The notes under the pieces: model-generated
Told to the model about the DNA's origin: nothing
The model's input: only the letters and a program-made list of their open reading frames with translations
Databases searched by the model: none
Shown here: positions 1 through 12,269 of the stretch, piece after piece
Numbering within the stretch: position 1 is the first letter of the stretch
Layout: each line of letters opens with the position of its first letter
Assembly: GCA_002633005.1 (NCBI GenBank)
Contig: NMRA01000007.1
Coordinates: 502,700 to 566,699 of the forward strand
Origin: Phoronis australis
Taxonomy: Eukaryota; Animalia; Phoronida
Direction: 5' to 3'
Length of the DNA stretch: 64,000 nt
Translations under genes and position numbers: made by a program

Positions 1-193
1 CTCGTAGACCCTCTGCTGTACTGGGTAAATTTGGCATGTCCAAAAATAATTTCTATTTCGTTTTCATTGTACACAAGCATAAAAAACAGACATTATTACA
101 AACTGTGTATAATTATAACTTATTACCTGGGTGTTTCTCCGGGAACGTTGGTCCTATCTTTCTGTTGTCTAGACTGCCGGGGAATCTGTACAT
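1..193 (-). CDS. Possible 5' coding exons of an unidentified minus-strand gene leaving the window (exons 193-127 and 52-<1)
   Basis: ATG at 193 reads MYRFPGSLDNRKIGPTFPEKHP to a CAG|GTAATA donor (127/126). A 74-nt AT-rich intron ends in TAG at 53, and the frame stays open (EIIFGHAKFTQYSRGST) to the window edge. No homology recognised. Confidence 0.3.
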
Positions 194-1134
194 CGGATCC
201 AATGGTTTGCTGCTCTTGGAATCATTCTACCTAGACATCTTCGACTTTTGTTCCCAACGCTTGCACTTCTACAACTGCTGTGTCAATGAGCTTGTACGTC
301 TCTACATTGTCAGAATCTCGTTTCGCAGCTCAGTTGGCACTAAGCCCCCTGAGATAATCAAGTCCATTCAAAAGACTTACAGCGTGAGCAACTAAATTCG
401 ATCCATCCATCATGGACTACTTCAAACCTTGACGATGTATCCCAGGACCTATTTGCATCTCTTTCAATTTTCGAAATAAACGTCCCAATGTCTGAACGCT
501 TGAAACCTGAAGTACTAACATCAAATAAATGCCGATGGGCATGGGTGTTTCTTCGGGAGGGCCTTCCTGCGGAAATTCCCAGTATAGAAAACGGCAGTGG
601 TGCTTATTGCAGGTAGAAAGACGGTAGGTGTTGAGGTCGGCACTAGGGCTCCTTAGGAGGCCCGTTGAACATCGCACGACTCCCGCAAGACTTTGTTATG
701 AAAATAAAGCCTCATAGCAATTTCTGGTACTGTACACTGTTCGCGAATGCTGTCACTTTGTCAATGTGAGTGTTCCCTTGGTCATTCCTTGTATAGACAT
801 AACTTGTTAGAGAGCATCTTCAAACAGAATCGCGACCAGACCACGGCGCAGGCCACAATAGCAATTCTTCGGAAAACGAGTTTTTTCAAGTATTACATGT
901 ACACGTACACTGTATGATATCGCGCAAGACAACTTTATTATGCATCAGTCAAATTCGAGTTACAAACGTGTTGGGTGTGACATGGCATGACAGATGAGGT
1001 CTAAAAAAGGTTGCACGTCAATTCGCCTGAATATCAGGATTGCGGCACCACAGTATTTCCCCTAGTCAAATCAAAACATATCTTAGAGTAAAGAAACTAG
1101 TTACCTAAAGAAATCAGCTATAGAGCTGCTCTTT

Positions 1135-1457
1135 CAGCGGTGGATCCATCTAAAATGCTTGACTACTTCAGAAGTGTCGTCGGAAGCGCGTGCACAATTG
1201 ATCTCCGGGGTTTTGCCGACGAGCCACGAAGACTCGAAACGCGTTGATTTTCATAACAGCAGTTCACAATGCAAAAAATATTTTTAGAGTGAACCCCCCC
1301 AACCCTCGTTTTTTTCCAAGTTGGTTTACTTGGGGTTTACACACGCTGGCGGTGCCGTTTTTGTTTTGCTGGAGACGTTTTTGTTTTTTCCTGATTTTTG
1401 GGTCCTTGCCCGAGGGGGGGTTTAAACCCCCTGAACCCCCCCGTAGATCCGCCACTG
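1135..1457. mobile_element. Non-autonomous DNA transposon (MITE) with CAGTGGCGGATC-type terminal inverted repeats
   Basis: Left end CAGCGGTGGATCCA and right end TAGATCCGCCACTG are imperfect inverted repeats with G/C-tract subtermini. A related terminus (CAGTGGCGGATCTAGG) starts at 63471. Confidence 0.55.
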
Positions 1458-4062
1458 GTATGACGAGAACTGATATAAATTGAGCAAAATTCTTCTTGTT
1501 CTAATATCTGTGGTATCATATTACACACGGAGTGTCAGTGAATTAACAGTAAAATTAATGGAGCTACTTGGGAGATGAAAAAATCGTGAATTTGCATAAA
1601 TTATGCTAATCAACATAATTGATCATTCTACTTGAATGTGCTTGTAGCTGCAGGTTTCAGACACCACAGATAAACTGTGTTGACATGTGCGTACGTGGTT
1701 TTGTGGTCAATTAATTGAATGAATTTGTGGACCCCACCCAAACAACTTACACTCGTGAGGGTAAAACAGTCGTAGCGAGGAGCGAGGATGGGGGGGTGCC
1801 AACCGAGAAAAAGGAAAACGCAGCCGGCGAAGCGTGTAGAAGAGAGAAATTTTTGAATAACCAATGCTGAATTTATTGTTTGCGAACCCTGGAGCGACAT
1901 TTTTGGAGGCCCCTGGTTTTTGCATACACACTTAAAAAACCAAAACAAAACTTACTCTGCACAGATTTGATGAGGAAGTTGATTCAAATTTTCAATGCAA
2001 GAAAACATATTAAGGTATACAAAAACTGTGTTTCTCCCGGAACCCCCTCTGGCAAGGGACAAAGGAATCATCTTTCGTTCCCCGTTTCTTTATTTTTTCG
2101 AACTTGTATATCATTTGGCACTGGAGTAGAGAAACAGGTGGGTGATTACCTGGATGCAGTGGGTTCTCTTTTTAGACACAGGGGTCCAATAATCTTACTT
2201 TTGCTGTTTGAGGGATGGATTGATTTGGAAATTAATGATTAAGCAGAACACAGAGTCGGTCAATTAATAAATTAATTACACGCTGTCATTCCTATAAATG
2301 TCATCGTGACACCAATAGGTTTAGCTGAAGATGAATTAATTTCCTTTTAAATATGGACATTAGGAATCGGTTTAATACTAAAGAGCTCATTAATATCACG
2401 GAGTTAAAATTTAATCCTGACCATCATGCGTCCGAAGCTGCTTACATGTATGGTAATAAGGGTTTTGAACCCGGCTGGTTTTCATGCCGCAAAAGTGAAG
2501 AGCATTTTGAGAAGTTAATGTGTTGGCTGATGTCAGAAAATCATCAACAATTCCCGTCCATTTCCGTGACCGTAGTTCCCTGTACATTAGTTCACGAACT
2601 ATTCCTGATCGAACGACGACCATTTTGTGCTTCATCGAGGAATTCCAACATGAGAACCCCTAAAGAAAGTAAGCGCTTTTTAGGTGGCGATTGCAAATGT
2701 AAAACGTATTTTGACGAGGTGAAGACCTCTTGTTCGGTGATCGGATTTGGCTGACAGCCCGTTTAAGGTTCAGGGTGTCGCCCCTAGTCAGCGACTGCAG
2801 GTACGTGTTGCCTAACCACGACAGTGTCACGTTGATTCGCTGAAACACCACAAACTGTCCCAACTGCACGTGCTCCACGCCACCTGTTGGATGCAAATGA
2901 CGTACGCTCTCTCTTTTCATTGATTAGGCTCATTCTGATTGGTTTACCAGTGTCTCGGAATCCACTACAGATATCCGACACACTTTTCACCGTAAAAAGA
3001 CCAATTATTTACGACCTTCGAGTCACAAAACGTCGCCATAATTTATCGCTGAGACCTTAACTTGAGGAGTTACTCAAGCTGTGGTAACCCTCAAAGTGTG
3101 AACCAAGTACATATTTTTTGCATTATTTTGATGTACTGACACCATTTTCCAAACGACGTCAAAAGCTGGGAGATAACCGACGATTGTTGACAAACATAGA
3201 TAAGTTCTTCAATGACATGTTCGTCCTCTAAGATAGTGTTGATAAACCCTTAACAGATAAAACCCACATCCCCAAAAGCAATTAATCAAACAAAAATAAC
3301 AATTGTACTTAAACGTTATGGTACCACTCCACTTCTATACACAGAATTTGGATTAAACAATCGGTATTTAATTCAGTACAGCTGAACCATGTAGGTATTC
3401 AGAAAATACCAGAAATCTCATTGGCTGGCCCATTTTAAAAGTTGAAGAAATTATTGAAAGTAATTTTTCGTCGGAAATTCAAGCTTGCAGGATATAAAAC
3501 TTTCATTTTGCCTCTTTAGTAGAAAAAGCAAAATTTAACACTTGAACACATGACTTCGGTAAGATAAGGATTGTATTTTAATACAATCATGAACACAGTG
3601 ATATGTGAAACTATCCAGAATCTTAAGCACAGATATCGACTAGCGAACACCTAAAATATACATGTACACGATAAATGTTGGCTGAGTGGCCACAAATATC
3701 CCTTACCGCAGCACGGGCACAAAATTTACAGTGATACTTCAATGGCGTCTCATCATTATAGACTATGCACGGAATATAGTAGAATAATCACTAAAGAAGT
3801 TTCGAAGAGCGTAGCTCTAAGGTGCTTGGCTCCGTCGGCTGTTACCACGCCGGGGTTCATGTCACTCAGTGTTTGGCACAGTGATTTTCACATCCCCGGT
3901 TTCCCGACTAGAGCGACGTCTTTCGTGAAAATGCCGTTTTCCCACTCGGCCGCTCTTTAGGTTAGAAGTTACAAAAATTTGTTTACGTCTCATAGGAGAT
4001 TGATTTGTGCGAGTGGCTGCGGGACATGATGAAGATACTCAGAGTACTGTAACTGTTTCAAA

Positions 4063-7000
4063 ATGGTGAAAATACGTATAGTTACGTCAACAAGTGTCAC
4101 ACAGGCAATTGTGAATGACATTCTATTTAAAAGTTCACCTATTATCGGAGTTAGTTGCAAAACTACTGGAGTAACTGCGGCAGGTACGACCAGAACAAAT
4201 CTTCCGCTCGCAAGCAGCCGGGTAGGCTTAGGGGTACCTGTTGCCTAGACTGTATCACCGTCTCGACTGGCTGCAGTGGCCATCAGATAGGTCCTCCATA
4301 CGCCGAAAGCTTTTTGGTTAATTATGCATCACACTGCCAATTTAAACCTGATCACGTTGCTTGCGATTAGGAGGGACACCTTACAAGGCTGTTGCCAGTG
4401 TTAATGTTTAAACAAGTTTCCAACTCATACAAATACTCCCATAATCAAACCTTTTTCAAACAGCCCTTCATTCAGTTTTCCAAATTGGCAACTGACCAAT
4501 TTATTACTGCTCGCATGTAGATATAACGCTATAGCCTTGGTACAAAGCTATATAATACTAAATATTTTGACGATAGTCTTCATACAGCTATCTGGCTGGC
4601 TAATATGACGCCATAGTATACCCAACGTATGAGTTTTTTTAATGAAAATCTTAAAAGTTCTATACTTTTGGCAGCCTCGCATGCAACAGTGGAACATTTT
4701 AAAAACAATCCCTACTACTGAGTAACATTGTTGTGCAGACCAGAGTGCCAGGCACACTTTGTCTCAAATCAGATTCAGTTATGATGTTCTGAAGTTTAAG
4801 CCATTAACCATCAGTGAACAATTTTCTACATTACCTTAAGGTGCCATGATTTGCTGTAAGCCATCATACAGCAAGAAGATTAAGGTAAAAAATCACTTAT
4901 TATTTCAAACTGAAGTGTATCTGAGTTACGTTTATATTATTCTATTGAACAGGTCCTCTTGTCCTGATTATTGTTCTTACCTGGGATGGAAACATATTCA
5001 TATTTGATGTGAAAAAGAATGGGGATATGGTAATAGCTGGAGGTCTCGGCCGTCTCTTGGAATCTACCGACTTGTTAAAGGTAAAATAATGATTTTTGCC
5101 ATAAAAGCTCAATGTTTTTTGATTTATTAAAATTCTTGCCAAAATGCCCTTTTCCATATTTAAGGCTTCTTTTAAGTACCATTGTTGGGAATTTCAGCAG
5201 TCATTCAAAATACTGCCTGCAGTATGACAACTAGCAGAGAACTTGAAAATGATACCATTAACAATTGGTGTGATTTTTCTCAAGGATAATTTTTTACTTA
5301 ACAAGTGCGAGCCTATTTTATTCATTGATCTAACATTCAAATCCTACTGAACCATGCCTGCCCTTTGTCCATAGATTTACAACTGGGTCACTCTATTTAT
5401 TATAAACTCACTAAATCTGTTCTATGACAGGTATTCCATGATTGCAGAAGTGACACGGCTGCCCTGCATAGTCAGTTTCGTGTCAATACGAGGAATGTGT
5501 TTGATACACAGGTAATGTTTGATTCTCAGGTAATGTTTGATGCTCAGGTAATGATTGAAACTCAGGTAATGTTTGATTTGAGTGAGAAAACTGACTTTAA
5601 ATGTTCATTATTTTTTAATTAGTTTGTTTCAAAAATTACTGATCAGGTCTGCATGCTGACTGTTAATTGGTCACATTTTGTGTAATTTAGGTTTTCCTTT
5701 TAATTGTTAATTTATAAATTTTAAAGATACACTCTTGGGTTTAGGGTAAAAAATGCATGTTGGGGATTATTGCTGGTTGAAATAGACCTATTGAAGTTAT
5801 TAGCTTTGACCAGAGCTATAAGACAACTAAATCTGTCGCCATTGGTAACCATTTGACAAAACTGAGGAAGGTGACTTTATCAGTTAAGTACGCTTCAAAT
5901 AATTCTCATCTACTTACTGAGTGGGGCTTACCTCCACTTTCAAAATGTTGGACTGTGACCACTGAGGTCGTGAGTTGAAATTCATATTGGGGCTGATCTC
6001 GAAAGCAATTTTTTGTCTACTGCGTCACTTTGATAGCATTTCTCTGGAATATAAGGATTTTGGTTTAGTACAAATGTTTTTAATGAAAACAAAAAATGAA
6101 ATGGAATGATTCTGAGTAAAATTCATTAAATTTTCAAAATGGTTTTAGTGTACCTAAAAGTTATGCCTCAAGTTGCTGCTCTCACTGCAGGCTGCGTATT
6201 CTGTTGTAATGGAGGAGCTTGGCCTACCAACACGTGTCATTAGTGTCCACGATCTTCATGAAAAATATGGAGGAACAAAGGCTGTGGTGCCAACAAATCT
6301 GGAGGTAATTATATGTCAATTTGGGCAAATGTGCACAGCTAGCAAGCTATCTTAATCATTCTTTCAATCTGACATGTACGGGAATTCTTCACTTATTTTA
6401 GTACACAACATGGCAAACAACTGAAATTTTATTTTGCCAAATTTCTCCAGCTGGGCCAAGTTGGCAGGTACAAAACATTTATTTCATTCAACTACATTCT
6501 GTATTGCATAAATTTTTTGAATATATCCACGGCACAACAGTGTAAATGATGACACGACACTCGTGTGAAATTCATTAAGTGCTGGTAATTGTCCTACTGT
6601 ATTTAATTGGTACACTGATGTAACATGCTGAGTGCACCAACTAAAATCTGACCAGTTCAGGACACAAATTGTCAGACAAGTGAAATTTACTTACATTTTT
6701 TCATGAAAAGATAATGTAGCACCAAAGAGTGTTCAAATGGTGCATGTTTGATAGCTGCCACCACACAATATTTTGAAAATTCATGGGCATACGCAAATGA
6801 TCAGAAGCCCTTGAATGGTGATTATTTTTGTCCAAAATTGGTGAGATTTTACAACATTCTCTCAGTTACTTGCTATTGGTTTATTTCATTATGTGGATGT
6901 CAAATTGCTATATAGTTCTGTGTGGACTTTTATTGTAATATGATACCACTACATAAATTTTGTATTGCGCTTTCAGCTTTTGATGTCGCAAAATGCAAAC

Positions 7001-8918
7001 TTTTGGGCTCGTCGACCATTGTCACGTGATGTTGTGCACGTAGCTGCTGACTCAGTTACACCCCTAAAGCATTTGCATGACCGATTGAATCAGTAAGAAC
7101 TATTTTTAGTGTACCGTATTGTCCGTCATTTGATCATCTGCTACTTGACAGACGGACAGACAATATCATGCTAAGAATTTTACAATTATGACACTTGGCT
7201 TACATCAAAATCCAACTGCTGATGTAGCAATTGGCCTTATTATGTTGCACACCCATCAGAATTATGAGGAACATAATATGGAAATATTATACAAACGTTT
7301 TAGGTACCGTTGTAAAAGTCGCATTTCTCGACAGATTTTCAGAATTCAAAGCCCAGTCACCTGTACTTTTCACAAAGTGTTCAGGTTTGCCATTTAAAAA
7401 CTTTGGAAACAAAAATTTAACATACCATTGTCGCCCCCTGTGTGTTAATGTTGGGACTAGAGAACGATAACATCAACATTGTGTCGGTATGTAATTAACT
7501 TCAACAGCATGGTGTCTTTGATCGATGCAGCAGATTTCGAGGTATGCATACCGGGAAAGTTGGCCAATCTCGACTGGCAAGGGTGTCCATGTTGGATTCT
7601 CTTCATGATGCATTCATTGGGTACTTCCGAAAGAGCCCCCGCCAATAAAGATCATCCATGCGGGGTTTGGAAAACAGGAGATCTTTTGGGATTGTTTTGT
7701 ATGTCTAGTGGTTCATGTGGAAAATGTGAACTAGATTTCTATATTTTATCAATTTTTGATCTTTAGAAGGACTGCTAAAATGCATCATCAGACTAGTAGC
7801 CAAGATGCTGAATACGCAAACCTTTATCTCATGACACACCTTAAAATTGCATCGTTGTATGATGGCGGCAATACAAGCTTATGGAAGACCCACCTCATTG
7901 AACTGGATGCGGTCACTTTTGTCAGTGAAATGAATTTTTCAAAAAGATATTGGAGGGGGCTCTTTCAAAAATCCCTTGTATTCTAGGCTAAATGCACTCA
8001 TTCAATACCATTGTTATTCTGGACCATATGTGTTTCATTGGTGAGTGTTTGTTTTGTTTTGATTTGATTTGCATGTGCTACTTGAGAAAATATATTTCAA
8101 GTTATGAATGCAAGTTGACGCTGACTTATCTCAGACTTCTATTTTTCATGAACTATGGCTTCAGTTACAGTTATGTGATAAAGTTCTTATTTAAATACGT
8201 GTTTGAAGTATCTCTTACATATAGTAGTCATAACTGAAGACCTGAGTGTTTGGTCTTGTGTTTTACAAACACCGCTTTCTAAAGATACACTTTTTGTTTT
8301 TCAAATGGATTTAGTCATGGTCTTCTCCTCTCTAGTCAGATGTGAATATGTGAATTCATTGGCTGTGATGGACGTGTGTTTTAAGCAGGCGACAGTATTT
8401 CGCATTTGAAGAATGAGCAATTAAAATATTTTGGAAATGATTTGAAAATATCTTTAAAAAAGAGAAAATTTTTGCTACCAAGTTGAAGAGATGAGTTCAA
8501 ATTGGTGTGTTCCCCTTTAATTCCGTATTTGTTTTCATCACAACCTATTCTGCCAGAAACACATTTTTGGAAATCTCCATTAAAGCATCTTAACTATTGA
8601 TTTGATTGGTGGGAATATAAATCACATAAACACTGGGATAACATAGTTTTGCCATTGTCTTGTTTCAGAGACATAAAATTTATGTCTCCATCAGGCTTCA
8701 ATCAAGTGTGCTCTGAACTCATCCATGAGTTCTGTGATCCCAAGTTACCATGTGGCCGTCGTAGTCGTCAGCAGGTACGAACTCCCAGGTTGTCTCCAAG
8801 ACTGAACACATATAGTCCAGGCGAGAAGCCCCCTATTATGTCCATGACCAGGGTACGCACTCATATCCTAGATAAGACTGTACCACTGGCTTCTCCAAGG
8901 GCAATGACATGGAACTGA
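4063..8918 (+). CDS. Egalitarian/EXD1-like 3'-5' exonuclease-domain protein (DEDDy fold, probably catalytically inactive), about 269 aa; exons 4063-4183, 4953-5080, 5431-5511, 6191-6304, 6977-7092, 8669-8918
   Basis: All introns are GT-AG with compatible phases (1,0,0,0,2); total 810 nt. The spliced protein has Egl/EXD1-family motifs: IIGVSCK...AAGPLVLIIVLTWDGNIFIFDV...GGLGRLLES..LLKVFHDCRSDTAALHSQF..NTRNVFDTQAAY...NFWARRPLSRDVVHVAADSV. Start context is AAAATGG with an upstream in-frame stop at 4030. Confidence 0.85.
5499..5580 (+). repeat. 18-bp tandem repeat (about 4.5 units) spanning the exon 3/intron 3 boundary of the exonuclease-like gene
   Basis: Units gtttgatacacaggtaat / gtttgattctcaggtaat / gtttgatgctcaggtaat / gattgaaactcaggtaat / gtttgatttg. 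CAG|GTAATG recurs after 5511, 5529, 5547 and 5565. Confidence 0.9.
5750..6000 (+). repeat. Dispersed repeat with a degenerate tRNA-like segment; second copy at about 41670-41930
   Basis: GGGATTATTG...TTGAAGTTAT..TTTGACCAGAGCTATAA.ACAA is shared at about 5762-5830 and 41674-41740. Both are followed by a degenerate B-box-like GTGAGTT(G/C)A. Boundaries are approximate. Confidence 0.5.
6640..6860 (+). repeat. Dispersed ~220-bp repeat; further copies at about 16503-16745 and 18890-19080
   Basis: Collinear blocks AAAATCT..CCAGTT.AGGAC..AATT...ACAA and TAGCT(A/G)CCAC.....TTTGAAAATT are present in all three copies; TGTCCAAAA is in the first two. Confidence 0.6.
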
Positions 8919-9092
8919 GGTTGGATGCAAGCTGCATTCTACGGCTTTAGGATGAGATCCATTGCAGCGCAGCTTGCCTTTGAAAATGGACTTGATGCTG
9001 CAGGGTTAGACTGAACACTTTCTTCGTTTGTATGCCAATGAGTGAAACATGCTAGGGTAATTTTGTATAGCAATGTGTTTAAGGTCGTATTT

Positions 9093-9356
9093 CATGCACG
9101 CACCCAGCCGTAAAAATGGGGGCTCAAATTTTTGAGAATGTGGACCTTTTACTAAGATTCAAAGGGTAGATTCAGAGCTATGCATTGTGCACTTGCCGAA
9201 TTTTGGTTGTTCCTGCCTTTTTAGTGGACTTTTGTCTCGTTTTCTTTTTTCAAAGTTTTTGTTTCTCTGAGGTGGACTTTGTTTTGCTCACTTCGCCACT
9301 TGAGGGGCTTGTTCGACCCCCTGAGCCCCCACCCCCCCCCCCCGGAGGCACGCATT
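9093..9356 (+). mobile_element. MITE with CATGCRCGCACCCAG-type TIRs and 5-bp target-site duplication (copy 1)
   Basis: Starts CATGCACGCACCCAG and has the internal AAAAATGGGGGCTC.AATTTTTGAGAATGTGGACCTTTTACT shared with other copies. Flanked by TATTT/TATTT. Confidence 0.75.
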
Positions 9357-9611
9357 TATTTTTGTAAAGTTCTGTTACTAATAGGTCTCAGTAGCTCATT
9401 ATTTTGAGCAATAAAAAGGAGTTGTAAATCTCAGTAGAGAATCCAACTTTCCAAAATCAGACTCAATATATAATGGCAATAAAGATTTTTTTTCATTTGG
9501 GACTTACAAATTGTCATACTTGGAAAAATATTGAGCTTTTATTTTTATCATGCAAATCTTTATAAAATTGGCAGCTTAAGCAAATATTTCTTCCATAATT
9601 CATGAAGAATC

Positions 9612-9750
9612 CAGCGGCTGATCCAGGACTTTAAGCAGGGTAGTCATGCAAAGGACAAACATAAGGGGTGCTTGAGATTCCTTCATTAGTACAATGAAAA
9701 AGTGACCAAATAGGGGTGTCTGACCCCCCTGCGTCAACATCTGGACCCGT
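9612..9750 (+). mobile_element. Short MITE-like repeat; related copy at about 43390-43530
   Basis: GGACAAACATA.G...TGC.TGAGATTCCT.CATT...AAAAGTGACC.AA is shared between the two loci. Ends are CAGCGG.TGATCCAG and CTGGACCCG-like. Confidence 0.5.
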
Positions 9751-10107
9751 GTTTAGATTCTGCGTTTGATTCAAATTGCCTCATCCTGTCGTTTTTGTTA
9801 AAGTGACACAGCTGAAAATGACCTTGCATACCAGTTGATTTTACTTTTTTATCCATGAGTTCCATTTTCCCTGTTGAGCTGGCTAAAAGACAAAAATCGA
9901 ATTGAGCCTTTTACTCTGTTCATAAATTGGTCTTGTGATATTCCTTACCATGAGAGTTCTGTTTCTGTTGCAAACAAAAACAGTCATTAAAACCACCATT
10001 TAAGAAAACTCATTTGTTGTTAATTGAGATCGGCCAACGCGGAAATTGCGCATTGCCTTAAGCTGCTAGCTAAGGCTCTTTTTACAAAATTCCAAAATGC
10101 TTTCATG

Positions 10108-10250
10108 TGTGGCGCACCATAGGGGGCTGGGGGCTATAGCCCCACTTTTTCCAGTGCTACGCTGCACGTAGTCTATAGGTGGTGCCCCACAGGGGGGCTG
10201 AGGGAGCTTTAGCCCCCCCTCCCACTTTTTCAGTACTGCGCTGCCCATGG
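10108..10250. repeat. Imperfect tandem duplication (about 70 bp x2) of a GC-rich MITE-terminus-like sequence
   Basis: GTGG(C/T)GC.CCA.AGGGGG..CTG.GGG.GCT.TAGCCCC..CCCACTTTTT.CAGT(G/A)CT(A/G)CGCTGC occurs twice in direct orientation. Confidence 0.55.
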
Positions 10251-12269
10251 CTTTGGTTAAGAATTCAACATTAACAGCAGCTATGCAGCAGAAAAATGCC
10301 CCTTTAAGTAGATTAATTCAGCTGTGTCTTGACAGTACAAACAAACTCTAAACAGAAGCGTTTTGGGATTTAAAAACTACCACATTCATCAGATCCTGAA
10401 TTATTCAGTCCCCGAATGAATCATGTGTAAGGGGTCTTTCAATTATAAAACAGGGTTCACTGTTATGTGGTCTTAATGGCTCACGATTTTTGATAATCTG
10501 ATATTTTTGGTTTGAATTTTTAAGTACATATACATATTGGGCCAGAAAACATATTTGGCTCTGGTTTTTTTACCTCTTTTTTATACCTCAGTGCACTCCA
10601 GCACCAATTGGAGAAAAAGTGCCTGCCTGAATCAATTTTAGCCAAATTGTTGTATCTTAATTTTTTTGAGAAGCTGCATCCCAGCAAGAATAAGCAATGA
10701 TTGGATTGAAATGCCATGATTTGCCAAACCCGATGAGTTAATAAAAATCTGCAACTTTTTTGCTCCTCTCAAGTAGGTTTTCTTTTTTGAAAAATTGACT
10801 AACTAAAAATGCTGAACCACTTTGAATTCTTGATTTACAAAAAAGACCAGAGTCATCTAATTTTTTTTTTGACTTGTCTGTTAGTAAAACGCTAGTCATT
10901 ATCTATGTGATTTAAGGCTTAGAAATAATTAATATTTGCTGTGCGGCTTATAGTGTATGGATATAAACTGTGATATTTCGTGATACTGGTTGTGCACATG
11001 TGTTCTTGTTGCTCAATAAATCCAATGAAAGTTTATTTCAAATATTTGCTGTTGTCATGACTTGTCCATTTCTTTGAACATCTCAGCCAAGTAGGCCGTG
11101 ATGCCAGTGAATTATTAGCAATTTCTTAACTGTTTGCCTACCCCTAACCACGGACAGATCAGTATTGCGGCATCCAATGGAAAAATACGGCCGTCACATT
11201 ACGCTGCCTCGAAGAGATCAGTAAATGAATGGCAAAAGTCGCCCAATTAAGACTCTCAAGAAAAATACTTTTTGTGTAGGTCATTTCTAGGAAACCGTCA
11301 CCCACTCCTGCAGAGTTTTCGTGACAGCATTCGGTATTGATTAGACTGGCAATACAGTTAGGCTACGGACGGACTCTGTAAACGAGGGCTGCTCAGAGAT
11401 TTTTTACGGAGTTTAAACCCTAAATCCGAATGGGCTCACACTCGCGTTTACCCGCCTATACTCTCGAAATTTCTTGGGCCGAGGAGCCCTAAACCCATTG
11501 TGGTACCCATAGATTTCCACTCTCTTGGCTTCCCACCGCGGCGCTGGGCCGAGGATCAGATGCGTTGTTACTGCATGACAAACACCCCAAATGCAGACGG
11601 AAATATGCTCTCCGGTTTTGAGATAACTCCACATATGTCAAAGGTTATTTGCAGGCAATTTAGATTATAGTAGGCCTACTTATGCGTCTACGTAGGGGAA
11701 AATGGACTTTAGTTGTGGTTGGTTGTTATGTTTTGCAATTACTAACAATACTGTTTTATGATAAGAAAAATCAATATCACGGTTACTGCTCCAGATCGAC
11801 GGTCCAAGCAGTAAATTTCACCTGAAACTGAACCGTCCCCGCGTCCACCGCCGATCTCGGGTTTAGACTATTGAAAGGCGATGTCTGCTACTGCAGTTCT
11901 CTAAAGGTCGAGGAAAGTTGCCGGAGTAACCCACTTGACCGGTCATTTTCCGGAAATCCAGAATTCCCTGTCATAAGTCGGCCGAATAGTTGCAGGGGTC
12001 TGAGCCCCGCTAAGGTCGTGATGTCAACCCATCAATTTTTCTCACTGTGTGGGTTCTTAGAAAAAAAATGTCCAAATTCAGCTGACTTTGCGGGAACGCC
12101 AGAGAACGCCGGGCTGATACTTTCAAATACTGCTTTGGCACTGTTCTCCAAGTCGTCGCTAGGTTCCATTGTTTTCTAAAATGTTACATGTATACTTTTG
12201 CATGAGACTATCAAAGGGGGCTTTTTTATTCTTCATGGAAAAAGGAAACAGAAACGACGATAATTTAGA

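Noticed and set aside
1215-1250. Hammerhead-like string CCGACGAG...CTCGAAACGCGTT
   Set aside because: The core has C instead of U4, stem II pairs poorly and stem I is absent; it lies inside a MITE.
2353-2754. 133-aa + strand ORF
   Set aside because: No recognisable domain or splice partner, and it overlaps a competing minus-strand candidate, so it cannot be supported.
3742-3960. ORF considered as first exon of the exonuclease-like gene
   Set aside because: No phase-1 donor at a suitable position; 4063-4183 fits the family alignment and splice phase better.
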